DNA from: an uncultured Bdellovibrio sp.
Lineage (GTDB): Bacteria > Bdellovibrionota > Bdellovibrionia > Bdellovibrionales > Bdellovibrionaceae
Assembly (NCBI GenBank): GCA_963932905.1
Contig: CAWVRN010000024.1
Span: 1-64,000, forward strand
Direction: 5' to 3'
Length of the DNA stretch: 64,000 bases
Part shown: positions 21,888 to 31,088 of the stretch, in pieces
How positions within the stretch are numbered: the first letter of the stretch is position 1
How the letters are laid out: every line of letters starts with the position of its first letter
Notes under the pieces: model-generated
Told to the model about the DNA's origin: nothing
Database searches by the model: none
Seen by the model: the letters and a program-made list of their open reading frames with translations, nothing else
Program-made: the position numbers and the translations under genes

Positions 21888-22874
21888 ATGGAAAGAATAT
21901 TAGAGTCCGTGTCATACGAAGAAGAAAAAAAATGGGAAAACGAACTGCGTCCGCAGCAGTTTTCCGATTTTCCTGGCCAGCACGATATCAAAGATAAATT
22001 GAACGTGTATATTCAAGCGGCTAAAAAGCGAAAAGAGCCATTAGATCACGTGTTATTGTTTGGACCTCCCGGATTAGGGAAAACGACGCTGGCTAGGATC
22101 ATCGCCAATGAATTTGGCGTGGATTTCAAGATGGCCTCGGCTCCCTCCATTGAAAAGAAGGGGGATTTGGCAGGGTTATTAACATCGTTAAAACCATACT
22201 CGGTTCTTTTTATCGATGAAATTCACCGTTTAAATCGCACATTAGAAGAATATCTGTATTCCGCTATGGAAGACTATTACATCGACATCGTTACCGGCGA
22301 TGGCATCGGGGCGCGCTCAATGAAATTTCAATTGAGTCCGTTCACATTAGTCGGAGCGACCACTCGTGCCGGCGCATTGAATTCGCCATTTAGAGATCGA
22401 TTTGGAATTGTGGAACGTCTGCAGTTTTATGATCGGGCCTCTTTGCAAAAAATTCTGGTCCGTAATGCGGGATTATTGAAAATGAAACTTAACGACGATG
22501 GAGCTGAAGAAATCGCTCGTCGGAGTCGCGGAACACCTCGTATCGCGAACCGTTTGCTTAAACGGGTGCGGGACTTCGCCGATGTCCAAGGTGACGGTGT
22601 GGTCAATCAATCCCTAGCTGAAAACGCGCTAAACCGGTTGGGTGTAGATAAGTTAGGGTTAGATCTTATGGATCGAAAACTTTTGACTTTAATATATGAA
22701 AAATATAACAGCGGTCCGGTGGGCATTGAGACCCTGTCAGCCGCTCTCAGTGAGGATAAGGACACGCTAGAGGATGTTTTTGAGCCGTTCTTGATTCAAG
22801 AAGGTTTCGTTCAAAAAACGCCACGTGGACGTATCCTAACTGACTTCGCTAAGAAAACACTTTTTAACGGTTAA
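21888..22874 (+). CDS. ruvB: Holliday junction branch migration ATPase
   Basis: LRP, GPPGLGKTT, DEIHR, GATTRAG, RGTPRIANRLL, TPRGR. Confidence 0.98.
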   Translation: MERILESVSYEEEKKWENELRPQQFSDFPGQHDIKDKLNVYIQAAKKRKEPLDHVLLFGPPGLGKTTLARIIANEFGVDFKMASAPSIEKKGDLAGLLTSLKPYSVLFIDEIHRLNRTLEEYLYSAMEDYYIDIVTGDGIGARSMKFQLSPFTLVGATTRAGALNSPFRDRFGIVERLQFYDRASLQKILVRNAGLLKMKLNDDGAEEIARRSRGTPRIANRLLKRVRDFADVQGDGVVNQSLAENALNRLGVDKLGLDLMDRKLLTLIYEKYNSGPVGIETLSAALSEDKDTLEDVFEPFLIQEGFVQKTPRGRILTDFAKKTLFNG

Positions 22875-22890
22875 GACTAACGGGTAGATC

Positions 22891-23793
22891 ATGTTTTTAC
22901 AAAAAACGATTCGAACAAAAGCAATAGTAGAAGGGGTTGGTATTCATTCAGGGGATCGTTGTTCTTTGACGTTCAAACCAGCTCCAATTGATACTGGGGT
23001 TCATTTTGTTCGCGCCGATCTTCCAGGAAAACCATCGTTAAAAGTCAGCAGCGAAAACGTCCAAGCGACATCCTACCAAACATCCATAGGCAATTCACAT
23101 TTTACGGTCGCTACGGTAGAGCACTGTTTGTCGGCTTTGTCGGCTCTAAGAATTGATAATTTAATCATCGAATTAGACGGACCTGAAATTCCCATCTGTG
23201 ACGGAAGTTCAATTGAGTTTTACAACGCCATCCAAAAAGCGGGCGTGATCGAACAAGATCAACCGCGAGAATACTGCTACATCAAAGAGCCGATCTTTTT
23301 ATCCGACGGTGACAAACAGGCCTACGTGTTGCCGTATCACGGTCTGCGTTTAAGCGTAACGATCGATTTTCCCCATCCTGCGATCGGCATGCAAAAGATC
23401 GATATCGATGTGAATGAATCATCATTTGCGCGTGAATTAGCACCGGCGCGTACATTTGGGTTCTTGAAGGATGTTCAATTGCTGCAATCAAAAGGTTTAG
23501 CCAAGGGCGGTAGCATGGATAATGCGATCGTTTTGGATGACGAGAAGATTTTAAATCCAGGTGGTTTGCGTTTCCCTGATGAGTTCGTTCGCCATAAATG
23601 CTTAGATGCTTTGGGTGATTTAGTGAACCTTGAAATGCCATTAATGGGGCATGTGGTCCTGCATAAAGCCGGTCATGATTTAATGAACAAGTTGGTTCAA
23701 CTGATAAAGAATTCTAAAGATAAATATCGTTATGTTGAGTTAGGCGCGGATATATCAGAAGAAGTGAAGAAGTTCTCGTCCTGGGCGTTATAG
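22891..23793 (+). CDS. lpxC: UDP-3-O-acyl-GlcNAc deacetylase
   Basis: GVGIHSG, TVEH, ARTFGF, HKCLDALGD, AGH. Confidence 0.96.
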   Translation: MFLQKTIRTKAIVEGVGIHSGDRCSLTFKPAPIDTGVHFVRADLPGKPSLKVSSENVQATSYQTSIGNSHFTVATVEHCLSALSALRIDNLIIELDGPEIPICDGSSIEFYNAIQKAGVIEQDQPREYCYIKEPIFLSDGDKQAYVLPYHGLRLSVTIDFPHPAIGMQKIDIDVNESSFARELAPARTFGFLKDVQLLQSKGLAKGGSMDNAIVLDDEKILNPGGLRFPDEFVRHKCLDALGDLVNLEMPLMGHVVLHKAGHDLMNKLVQLIKNSKDKYRYVELGADISEEVKKFSSWAL

Positions 23794-23903
23794 GCCCTGT
23801 AATTTATGCAGGTCGCTAAGTACAGACTGTTGATTTAGAGTTAGATATCTACGATGATATGACTTCCAAAAAATAATTAAATTAATGTAATAGGAGCACG
23901 CAC

Positions 23904-24053
23904 ATGAACAAAAAAAGAAAACAGGAAATCGCAGACTTAGTAAAATCTGGTAAATCAGGAAAAGAAGCTTACGAGGCTACGAAAAAGAATTCAAAACCAG
24001 CAGCTAAAACAACTAAAAAGAAAACGGCTAAAAAAGCCACTAAGAAAAAATAG
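23904..24053 (+). CDS. Small Lys-rich basic protein (49 aa), not in the ORF track
   Basis: My translation: MNKKRKQEIADLVKSGKSGKEAYEATKKNSKPAAKTTKKKTAKKATKKK; AGGAG RBS at 23892-23896; stop 9 nt before ald. Confidence 0.75.
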   Translation: MNKKRKQEIADLVKSGKSGKEAYEATKKNSKPAAKTTKKKTAKKATKKK

Positions 24054-24062
24054 GGGTCACAT

Positions 24063-25169
24063 ATGATCGTTGGGGTACCTAAGGAGATTAAAATTAGCGA
24101 AAACCGCGTTGGTATTACTGAAGCGGGCGTTAAGCAATTTGTAAAAGAGGGTCACACAGTCATCATTGAAAAAGATGCGGGCGTTGGATCTTTGATCACA
24201 AATGAACAATACGAAAAAGCCGGTGCTAAAATCATCGACACTAAAGCTGAAGTGTACAAAAAAGCAGACATGATCATGAAGGTGAAAGAACCACTTCCTG
24301 ATGAATATGAATTAATGCGTGAGAATCAAATTCTTTACACGTACCTTCATTTGGCCGCTGAACCTAAATTAACTAAAGTTCTTGCTGAAAGAAAAGTAAA
24401 AGCCGTTGCCTATGAAACTATCGAATTAGCGGATCGTTCACTTCCGTTATTAAAGCCAATGTCAGAAGTAGCTGGTCGTATGGCAACTCAAATCGGTGCT
24501 TACTATTTACAGCGTGATCACGGTGGTAAAGGTATCCTTATGGGTGGCGTAACTGGCGTTAAACCAGGTAAAGTGACAATCATCGGTGGTGGTGTTGTCG
24601 GAACTAACGCCGCTAAAATGGCGATGGGTCTTGGCGCTAACGTAACTATTCTTGATGTGGATACAGCTCGTTTAGAATATTTAGATGATATTTTCCAAGG
24701 TCGCGCGCAAACATTATTCTCGAATGTTAAAAACATCGAAGAATCTGTTCGTGAGTGTGATTTGCTAATCGGCGGTGTTTTGATCACGGGTCAAAAAGCT
24801 CCTATGCTTGTAAGCAAAGAATTAGTATCGCAAATGTCTAAAGGTTCAGTCGTTGTTGACGTTGCGGTTGACCAAGGTGGCTGTATCGAAACATGCCGTC
24901 CGACGTCTCATCAGAACCCAACATTTGAAATCGACGGCGTGATTCATTACTGCGTTCCAAATATGCCAGGTGTTGTACCAAGAACATCGACCTATGCGTT
25001 AACGAACGTGACTTTGAAATACGGTTCGATGTTAGCTGCTATGGGCGTAGAAGACGCTGTAGCTAAAGACAAAGCGTTATTAAAAGGTCTGAACGTATAC
25101 AACGGTTATGTATGTTACGAACCGGTAGCTCGTGACTTACACATGGAGTACCGTCCATATAAAGTTTAA
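24063..25169 (+). CDS. ald: Alanine dehydrogenase
   Basis: [52 protein letters not shown]. Confidence 0.97.
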   Translation: MIVGVPKEIKISENRVGITEAGVKQFVKEGHTVIIEKDAGVGSLITNEQYEKAGAKIIDTKAEVYKKADMIMKVKEPLPDEYELMRENQILYTYLHLAAEPKLTKVLAERKVKAVAYETIELADRSLPLLKPMSEVAGRMATQIGAYYLQRDHGGKGILMGGVTGVKPGKVTIIGGGVVGTNAAKMAMGLGANVTILDVDTARLEYLDDIFQGRAQTLFSNVKNIEESVRECDLLIGGVLITGQKAPMLVSKELVSQMSKGSVVVDVAVDQGGCIETCRPTSHQNPTFEIDGVIHYCVPNMPGVVPRTSTYALTNVTLKYGSMLAAMGVEDAVAKDKALLKGLNVYNGYVCYEPVARDLHMEYRPYKV

Positions 25170-25234
25170 TCGTAGGCTAGCGTTTTATTCCTTTGGGATA
25201 GCGATAGATTTTACGTTTTCCATATATCTTAACG

Positions 25235-25272
25235 AAAGGCGCTCTATGAATAGTAGAGCGCCTTTTCTTTTT
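25235..25272 (+). terminator. Intrinsic terminator after ald
   Basis: AAAGGCGCTCTA-N7-TAGAGCGCCTTT followed by a T-rich tract. Confidence 0.8.
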
Positions 25273-25387
25273 GGGTTGGTGTGTTTTTTCCGATTTGGAT
25301 TTATCTGATAGTTGCGTCCTTTTTTGCGGGCCGTGTTCGTTTGAAAGGGTTTGTGTCGAAAATATAAAAATGTAGAAAAGAATCCAT

Positions 25388-26335
25388 CTACTCATGTGTG
25401 GAGCCTTGTCGGAAGCGTAGGATGAAAAAATGAAATAGGTAAAGCAGTGCAAACAAGTAAATCCAGAAGTAGAATATAGGTAGCGAGAATTCATTTCTGT
25501 TGGGAATGATGGTGGTTCCTTGATTTAAGAAGTTAAACAGGTGTTGATTTAAAACTTCAGTTGCGTGGAACAAGCTCGGAGTATTCAGAATCCGGCCAAT
25601 GAGCATGAAACCGGCTGATAGCAGCAGGGTTAGGCAAAATGGATACAATAAGATCATTCCGATGATTAGGTTCAATGGATGCGGATAACCTTTCGAAAAA
25701 TTAAATGGAATTAAAAAAAGATAGAGGGTGACCATCGGTAACAGAATCTTCAGTGCCCGTGTTCGCTGTGAAATAAGCTCTTGCGAGAATCCTAACGCCA
25801 GCGAAACAGAGAAACTCAACCAGAAGCTGAGTGATGTCCACAAGGGTGCCGAGATCGCTAAACATAGCAGGCCAGAATAGAAACATAAGGAAGGCCCGCT
25901 GAATCGAAGATGGTGTTTCTTGGTTACAATATCTAGTCCCTGCTGCATCAGGCATCGCAAGCCGGGTGCTTGCAAACCTGTCATGAGGTAATAGGTTCCC
26001 AGTAAGAAAAATCGAAGCCACCGTGGCCATTTTAGCCATTTTAATGCCGATTCTAGAAATACAAAGTGTCCTCCGGAAACTACGATGGCGTGATAGAGCC
26101 CACTTTTTTGTAATGCATTTTTTTGCTGTGCTTGGGTGACCTTTTGGCCACAAATAAAGGAACGGCTTAAGTCATTGGGTGGACGATCTTTAGGATGAGT
26201 TGGCGTAAACCAGTTTAAGCATTCCTCATGCAGGATCGCCGAAAGCGGCTTTAACGGCTCGATCACGTCGAATTTAGCTTGAATGCTTAAAAAAAGAACA
26301 ATTGGCAAAAGCAAGATCATCTTTGGTCGTGACAT
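25388..26335 (-). CDS. comEC: ComEC/Rec2 family competence-domain membrane protein (short)
   Basis: SGLYHAIVVSGGHF matches the ComEC G..H...SG.H motif; PGLR and SFWLSF motifs; multiple TM helices. Confidence 0.7.
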   Translation of the reverse strand: MSRPKMILLLPIVLFLSIQAKFDVIEPLKPLSAILHEECLNWFTPTHPKDRPPNDLSRSFICGQKVTQAQQKNALQKSGLYHAIVVSGGHFVFLESALKWLKWPRWLRFFLLGTYYLMTGLQAPGLRCLMQQGLDIVTKKHHLRFSGPSLCFYSGLLCLAISAPLWTSLSFWLSFSVSLALGFSQELISQRTRALKILLPMVTLYLFLIPFNFSKGYPHPLNLIIGMILLYPFCLTLLLSAGFMLIGRILNTPSLFHATEVLNQHLFNFLNQGTTIIPNRNEFSLPIFYFWIYLFALLYLFHFFILRFRQGSTHE

Positions 26336-26532
26336 CTAAATTAAGGCCATTGTGTTTGTTGCCAGATTTTCAGGAAAAATACTAAAAACCTGTTAGGCAT
26401 AAAACTTCGGATTTCCTGTTTTTTGAGCAAATAAAAACTCTAAAATGTGTATGACTATAATTGCAGCAAATAGCTCAAATCCTTGAAAATACTATGGTCC
26501 AAGGTCCAGAACAATGAGTTGATAACATTTTT

Positions 26533-26541
26533 TGTGGATAA
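26533..26541. promoter_or_regulatory. DnaA box
   Basis: TGTGGATAA (= TTATCCACA), with a degenerate copy AGTTGATAA at 26517-26525. Confidence 0.55.
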
Positions 26542-26547
26542 CTTTTC

Positions 26548-26577
26548 TTGATGTCATTTTTGTTTACGTGTCATAAT
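26548..26577 (+). promoter_or_regulatory. Putative sigma70 promoter
   Basis: TTGATG-N18-CATAAT with TG extension. Confidence 0.5.
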
Positions 26578-26593
26578 TTGGCGAGAGGTCTAA

Positions 26594-27094
26594 ATGATAA
26601 GAAAAGCGTGTTTAGTTTTGGGTGTATTCGGGGCATTGAGTTCAATGGCTGTCGTAAATAAGACACGCACCGGAAACTACGATGACTTGGTAAAAGAACT
26701 TGAAGGCATCAAAGATTCAAAAACAGATTTAGAATATTATTCTGAAATTATTGCTGACTATCAATCCGGTAAATATCGGACTTTAGCGATCCGTCTGAAA
26801 GGTTTTGCAAAGCGATTTCCTAAAAGTCCTTTCTTAGATAATGCTTATTATTTAGCCGGAAAACTGGCTTTGGAAGAAAAGAATTACAAAGACTCAGTTT
26901 CTTATTTCCAAAGGGTGATTTCAGAATATCCCCTTAGTAATAAAGTGGTTGCTGCTAAGTTTGGCAAGGCCATGGCCTACCGAAGTATGAATTTAAATAA
27001 CCAGTCCCTAGCGGTATTCAGCGAGATCCGTCGCAAACATCCTCAATCTCCAGAGTTTTTCCGCGCAGAAACTGAGATGAAATTAGTAAAATGA
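26594..27094 (+). CDS. Secreted TPR protein (CpoB/YbgF-like C-terminal domain)
   Basis: Signal peptide; F..RFPKSP..DNAYY..G and FQRVISEYPLSNKV..A motifs. Confidence 0.75.
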   Translation: MIRKACLVLGVFGALSSMAVVNKTRTGNYDDLVKELEGIKDSKTDLEYYSEIIADYQSGKYRTLAIRLKGFAKRFPKSPFLDNAYYLAGKLALEEKNYKDSVSYFQRVISEYPLSNKVVAAKFGKAMAYRSMNLNNQSLAVFSEIRRKHPQSPEFFRAETEMKLVK

Positions 27095-28728
27095 TTTTAA
27101 AACGTAGTGTGCTATTAGTTCTTTTAGTTAGTCTTGTTCTTCAGGCTCAAGAGGGTGAATTAACTCTTGACCCGAATGATATTCCTTTAACACCAGATCC
27201 AACTTTAGATGTTCCAACGGATAGCACGAATACGATTCAAGTTCCTAATTTAGATAATGCTGTTCCTGAACCAACAGCGCCAGTTCCAGATACGGTAACT
27301 CAGCCCGTGACCCCACCGCAAGCGGCGCCGACTCCGGCACCGGCACCGGTGGCGCCAGCCCCCGCACCTCGGATCGAAGAGCACAAACCAACACCTTCAA
27401 ACTTAGAAGTAAAATCTGATTCAACGGCGGATTCTCAGAAAAAAGAAGAGCGTTTTAGTCGAGATTACACAAAATTTCACAAAGACAGTACGTCGGAACA
27501 AAACTGGGAAAAAGTAGTTGGGAAGCGTACGTCAGATACCTACATTGTTAACAAAGGTGATACGCTTTGGGATATTTCGGGAACTTTGTTTGGTGATCCG
27601 TTTTATTGGCCCAAAATTTGGTCTTTGAATAAAGACTTAATTTACAATCCGCATGTGATCTTTCCTGATATGAAAATTAAATTTTATCAGGGTAGCTCCA
27701 AAGCCGCGCCAACGCTAGCTACGGACAATTCAAAAACTCAGGCTCCCGTTGAAATGGCTCAGGTGGCAAAACATGAAGACGCCGTGACACCGCCAGCCGT
27801 GGGAACTGAAGAAACTCCAAAGAATATTCACATCGGTCGCGGTAGTCGCAAGCTACCTAAGTTTTTTCAAGATTACAAAGCTTCCGTAAAACGAGAAATT
27901 GAAGTTCAGGTTGAAGAACAAAAAGAAGCGCCGGTTGAAGCTCGTATTACGCAAGAATTCTACATAGCTGAACAGCCTATGGCGGCCGCTGGGCATGTTG
28001 TGGAAATTCACAATGATTACGGTTCTGCCGGTGACGGAATTTACGTTTTCATTAAATTCGACGGACAGCCCGAAGGAACGTACACGATTCTGAAGCCTGG
28101 ACGACGGTTACGTCCACCATCGAAAGAAATGAACTACGATGTTGAAATTTATGAAACTGAAGGTGAAGTTAAAGTATTAGGCAAAGTGAATACGGAAGAA
28201 AACGTGTACCGAGCTAAAGTAATACGAACGAATACTTTGGTGTCGCCGGGATCGATTGCTGTCCCTGGAAAAATGAAGACATTTAAAATTTCAGATGCGG
28301 ATAGAGAAACGACAGCCAGCAAAGGACGTATCATCGGGAACTTGAGTGATTTCGGAACTGTTGGCCAAGGCAGTTTTGTGGTGATCAATCAAGGGGCTCA
28401 GACCGGCTATCACCCCAACATGTCGCTTCCGATTTTTGAAGAGTTAGAAGTCCGTAATCGTGCCACATTAAAATCGTTTGTTAAGGAAAACCCTCAACGT
28501 ATTGGAACTGTGACCATAGTGGATGCGACAGCAAATTATTCAGTAGGGTATATAACTAAAGTTATCGACGCGATTAGTGTGAATGACATTGTTGCGGTTG
28601 CGGAAGGTGGCGAGTTTAATCCTGGCGCTCCGCGGGCGGAAAATACCGGTAACGACGCGTTAGACGCGGCTCCGGCAACAGAGTCGGCACCGACGCCTGC
28701 CGAAGAAGCTCCTATCGAAGAATTTTAA
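27091..28728 (+). CDS. LysM peptidoglycan-binding protein with Pro-rich linker
   Basis: YIVNKGDTLWDIS..DPFYWPKIWSLN..IYNPHVIFP; signal peptide; usual LysM-dprA adjacency. Confidence 0.88.
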   Translation: MILKRSVLLVLLVSLVLQAQEGELTLDPNDIPLTPDPTLDVPTDSTNTIQVPNLDNAVPEPTAPVPDTVTQPVTPPQAAPTPAPAPVAPAPAPRIEEHKPTPSNLEVKSDSTADSQKKEERFSRDYTKFHKDSTSEQNWEKVVGKRTSDTYIVNKGDTLWDISGTLFGDPFYWPKIWSLNKDLIYNPHVIFPDMKIKFYQGSSKAAPTLATDNSKTQAPVEMAQVAKHEDAVTPPAVGTEETPKNIHIGRGSRKLPKFFQDYKASVKREIEVQVEEQKEAPVEARITQEFYIAEQPMAAAGHVVEIHNDYGSAGDGIYVFIKFDGQPEGTYTILKPGRRLRPPSKEMNYDVEIYETEGEVKVLGKVNTEENVYRAKVIRTNTLVSPGSIAVPGKMKTFKISDADRETTASKGRIIGNLSDFGTVGQGSFVVINQGAQTGYHPNMSLPIFEELEVRNRATLKSFVKENPQRIGTVTIVDATANYSVGYITKVIDAISVNDIVAVAEGGEFNPGAPRAENTGNDALDAAPATESAPTPAEEAPIEEF

Positions 28729-28800
28729 TTCGAACGGCGATCATCAGATTCCAAATTGAAAATCTAAAATGGGAATCAGTTATGCTCGGATGCCTAACTG

Positions 28801-29646
28801 ATGTCGCCAATTTATCCATTTCTATTTTTCCTTTCCAAGCATAAGTTGTTTTTCCATTATCAGGATCGAGTTTTAGATGTCTTGCTTCGGCATCCATCGA
28901 ATAACTACGGCATAATTAAAAAAGAAATCGAAGCGCTAAATCCAGAACTTGTTTTTGATACCTTTGCATTGTTGCGGACAGAACAACAACCATTTATCGA
29001 CGGGCCTATTTGTCGACTCCGTTTTGGAGAGCCTGATTACCCAGTGGAATTTACGCAGCTCGTAGATCCGCCATTAGTGTTTAGTTATGTTGGCCAGCCA
29101 ATTTGGAAGCAAGATAAAATTGCGATAGTGGGAAGCCGTCATCCTTCGCAAAAAACTTTGTGGTGGTTGCGTAAAGAATTGGGAACAGTTCTATCTAAAT
29201 ATAATTTAGTTTCTGTCAGCGGTGGGGCGATCGGTGTGGATCAATTGGCTCATCAAGCTAGTGTCGATCTAAAGATGCCGACAATCGCAATTTTGCCTTC
29301 AGGAATTAGTAATATGTACCCAAAAAATTTTACTTCTTTAAGCGAAGACATTCTAAAATATGGCGGTTGTATCTTGAGTGAATTTCAAGACCAGTTGTCG
29401 GTATACAGACATCATTTCAGTCATCGTAATCGGTTGATAGCAGCATTAGGGAAAGTGTCTATTATTGTAGAAGCGCGCGCCAAGAGTGGAACTGCGATTA
29501 CTGCGCATCGTGCGTTAGAATTGGGCAAAGATTTGTTTGTGGTTCCTGGGCACCCCTTGGATGAAAGTTTTCATGGCAGCTTGCAATTGCTAAAAATGGG
29601 CGCTCATGTGATGACCGAATCGTCTGACCTCAGTTATTGGTTATAG
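28801..29646 (+). CDS. dprA: DNA-protecting protein DprA
   Basis: YP..F..L.DPP, AIVGSR, VSGGAIGVD..AH, RNRLIA, VEA..KSG..ITA..A, VPG. Confidence 0.92.
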   Translation: MSPIYPFLFFLSKHKLFFHYQDRVLDVLLRHPSNNYGIIKKEIEALNPELVFDTFALLRTEQQPFIDGPICRLRFGEPDYPVEFTQLVDPPLVFSYVGQPIWKQDKIAIVGSRHPSQKTLWWLRKELGTVLSKYNLVSVSGGAIGVDQLAHQASVDLKMPTIAILPSGISNMYPKNFTSLSEDILKYGGCILSEFQDQLSVYRHHFSHRNRLIAALGKVSIIVEARAKSGTAITAHRALELGKDLFVVPGHPLDESFHGSLQLLKMGAHVMTESSDLSYWL

Positions 29647-29787
29647 TTGAAATAAGTATTTGCATAAAAAAATGGCGCTAGCTCGGTCCGTCGTCGTCAC
29701 TCAGATCGGATCTAGCTAGCTAACTTGTTGGATTGCTAAAAAAATAAGCCAACTTCGAAAAAAAATTAAAAACTATTAAAAAAGTCT

Positions 29788-29816
29788 TTGATAAATTTTA
29801 ACAGATTAGATTTAAT
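29788..29816 (+). promoter_or_regulatory. Putative sigma70 promoter with no downstream ORF
   Basis: TTGATA-N17-TTTAAT preceded by an A-rich UP-like tract. Confidence 0.5.
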
Positions 29817-29822
29817 TAATAT

Positions 29823-29890
29823 TAAGGGAGGGGCGATGTCGTCACGGACGACGGTCGTGGTAAGGAAGCTACTGCATCGCTCTATTTTTT
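29823..29890 (+). ncRNA. Candidate small structured RNA with GGA-loop hairpins
   Basis: Outer stem GGGCGATG/CATCGCTC enclosing GTCG-TCACGGA-CGAC and GTGGT-AAGGAA-GCTAC hairpins, then a T tract; GC-rich island in an AT-rich spacer. Confidence 0.45.
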
Positions 29891-29908
29891 CCTTGTTCTT
29901 AAAGTCGA

Positions 29909-31012
29909 TTATCTGACTTGTTTCTTCAGTAAATACAAACTGTAAAGTCCGAAAAGAATGTTGGGTGTCCAAATCGCAATTGGTGCTGGTAGAGCGTTTG
30001 AGCGGGCGATACCTTCAAAACTAACGTACAAAATCCAGTAGATAATAATGACGATAATCGATAGGACAAACCCACTAGTTTTTTGTTCTCGGCGATTGGC
30101 CTCGATACCTAAACCGACACCGACTAAAGCAAACACAAAGCAAAGAATCGTGATAGCCCAACGTTTATGGAACTCAATAACGAAGATATTGCGGTCTTCT
30201 TTACGTTGCATCTCGTCGTTTTTCAAATGATAGAGATCATTCAGGGTCATCGATTGCGGCGATTTTTCTTTGTATTCATTTTTCACGGGATCAATTAGTT
30301 GCAGATCGTAAGTAGAGAATTTGATTTTTGTGTGACTTTCTCCACCGCGATGGATGTCGCCATTTTCCAAACGAAGCAGCACGCGATGTCCAGGGTTGCT
30401 GGGATCAGGAATGATCTCGCCTTGTTTCGCAATGATGGTGATGGGTTTATCCGTATCACGTTCGTTGTAGATAAATAGATTCTTCAAAACGCCAGTGTTC
30501 GTGTCGACTTCATTAGCGTAAACAACTAAATCGAAAAAACCTTCTGAAAACGTCCCGGCCTTGACGGTTGCAGAGGCTTTAGTATTACCAAGTTTGGTGA
30601 ACAGAACTTCAAACTGACGATTTCCCCAGGGTGCTAATTCAAACGATGTCTGACCCGAAACAACTGACACAACTAGCGCTAGCAACAATGCGGGGGCCAT
30701 GATTGTCTTCATCGATAAACCGCTGGCTTTCATCGCAATGATTTCAGAATCTTGGCTTAGCCGTCCATACGTAATCAAAATCGAAAACAAAAGGCTCATA
30801 GGAAACAAAATCGGCAGCATTGAAATGCAAATGTACATCACGATCTCGCTGAGCGTTTGCGTTTCAACACCGTGAACAAGCGCAAATTCGGTCAGGCGCA
30901 GAACCTGAAACATAAGGATGACGAAAACAAATACGAGTAAGCCCAAGAGAAAGCTAGGTACCATCTCGAAAAAGATATACTGAATTGCTTTTTTACCTCT
31001 AATTACCGGCAT
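29909..31012 (-). CDS. lptF: LPS export ABC transporter permease LptF
   Basis: PMSLLFSILITYGRLSQDSEIIAMKASG, EFHKRWA, C-terminal W.PN; start set at MPVIRG. Confidence 0.88.
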   Translation of the reverse strand: MPVIRGKKAIQYIFFEMVPSFLLGLLVFVFVILMFQVLRLTEFALVHGVETQTLSEIVMYICISMLPILFPMSLLFSILITYGRLSQDSEIIAMKASGLSMKTIMAPALLLALVVSVVSGQTSFELAPWGNRQFEVLFTKLGNTKASATVKAGTFSEGFFDLVVYANEVDTNTGVLKNLFIYNERDTDKPITIIAKQGEIIPDPSNPGHRVLLRLENGDIHRGGESHTKIKFSTYDLQLIDPVKNEYKEKSPQSMTLNDLYHLKNDEMQRKEDRNIFVIEFHKRWAITILCFVFALVGVGLGIEANRREQKTSGFVLSIIVIIIYWILYVSFEGIARSNALPAPIAIWTPNILFGLYSLYLLKKQVR

Positions 31013-31088
31013 AGACCATTGTCTCACTCGCTGAGGTTCTTTGAGAGAACCGTTGAATACCTAAAACCTCACTAATATTATAAACTTA

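Noticed and set aside
25177..25395. Short minus-strand ORF overlapping the comEC stop (MSRWILFY...)
   Set aside because: Runs through the ald terminator and resembles no ComEC C-terminal domain; likely spurious
26340..26590. Possible oriC
   Set aside because: Only one perfect DnaA box and no dnaA/gidA context
27260..27372. Pro/Ala-rich GC-rich repeat-like DNA
   Set aside because: Low-complexity linker within the LysM protein
29665..29890. SRP RNA, 6S RNA or tRNA
   Set aside because: Lacks the SRP CAGG-GNRA-AGCAG loop, a continuous 6S rod and a tRNA cloverleaf/T-loop
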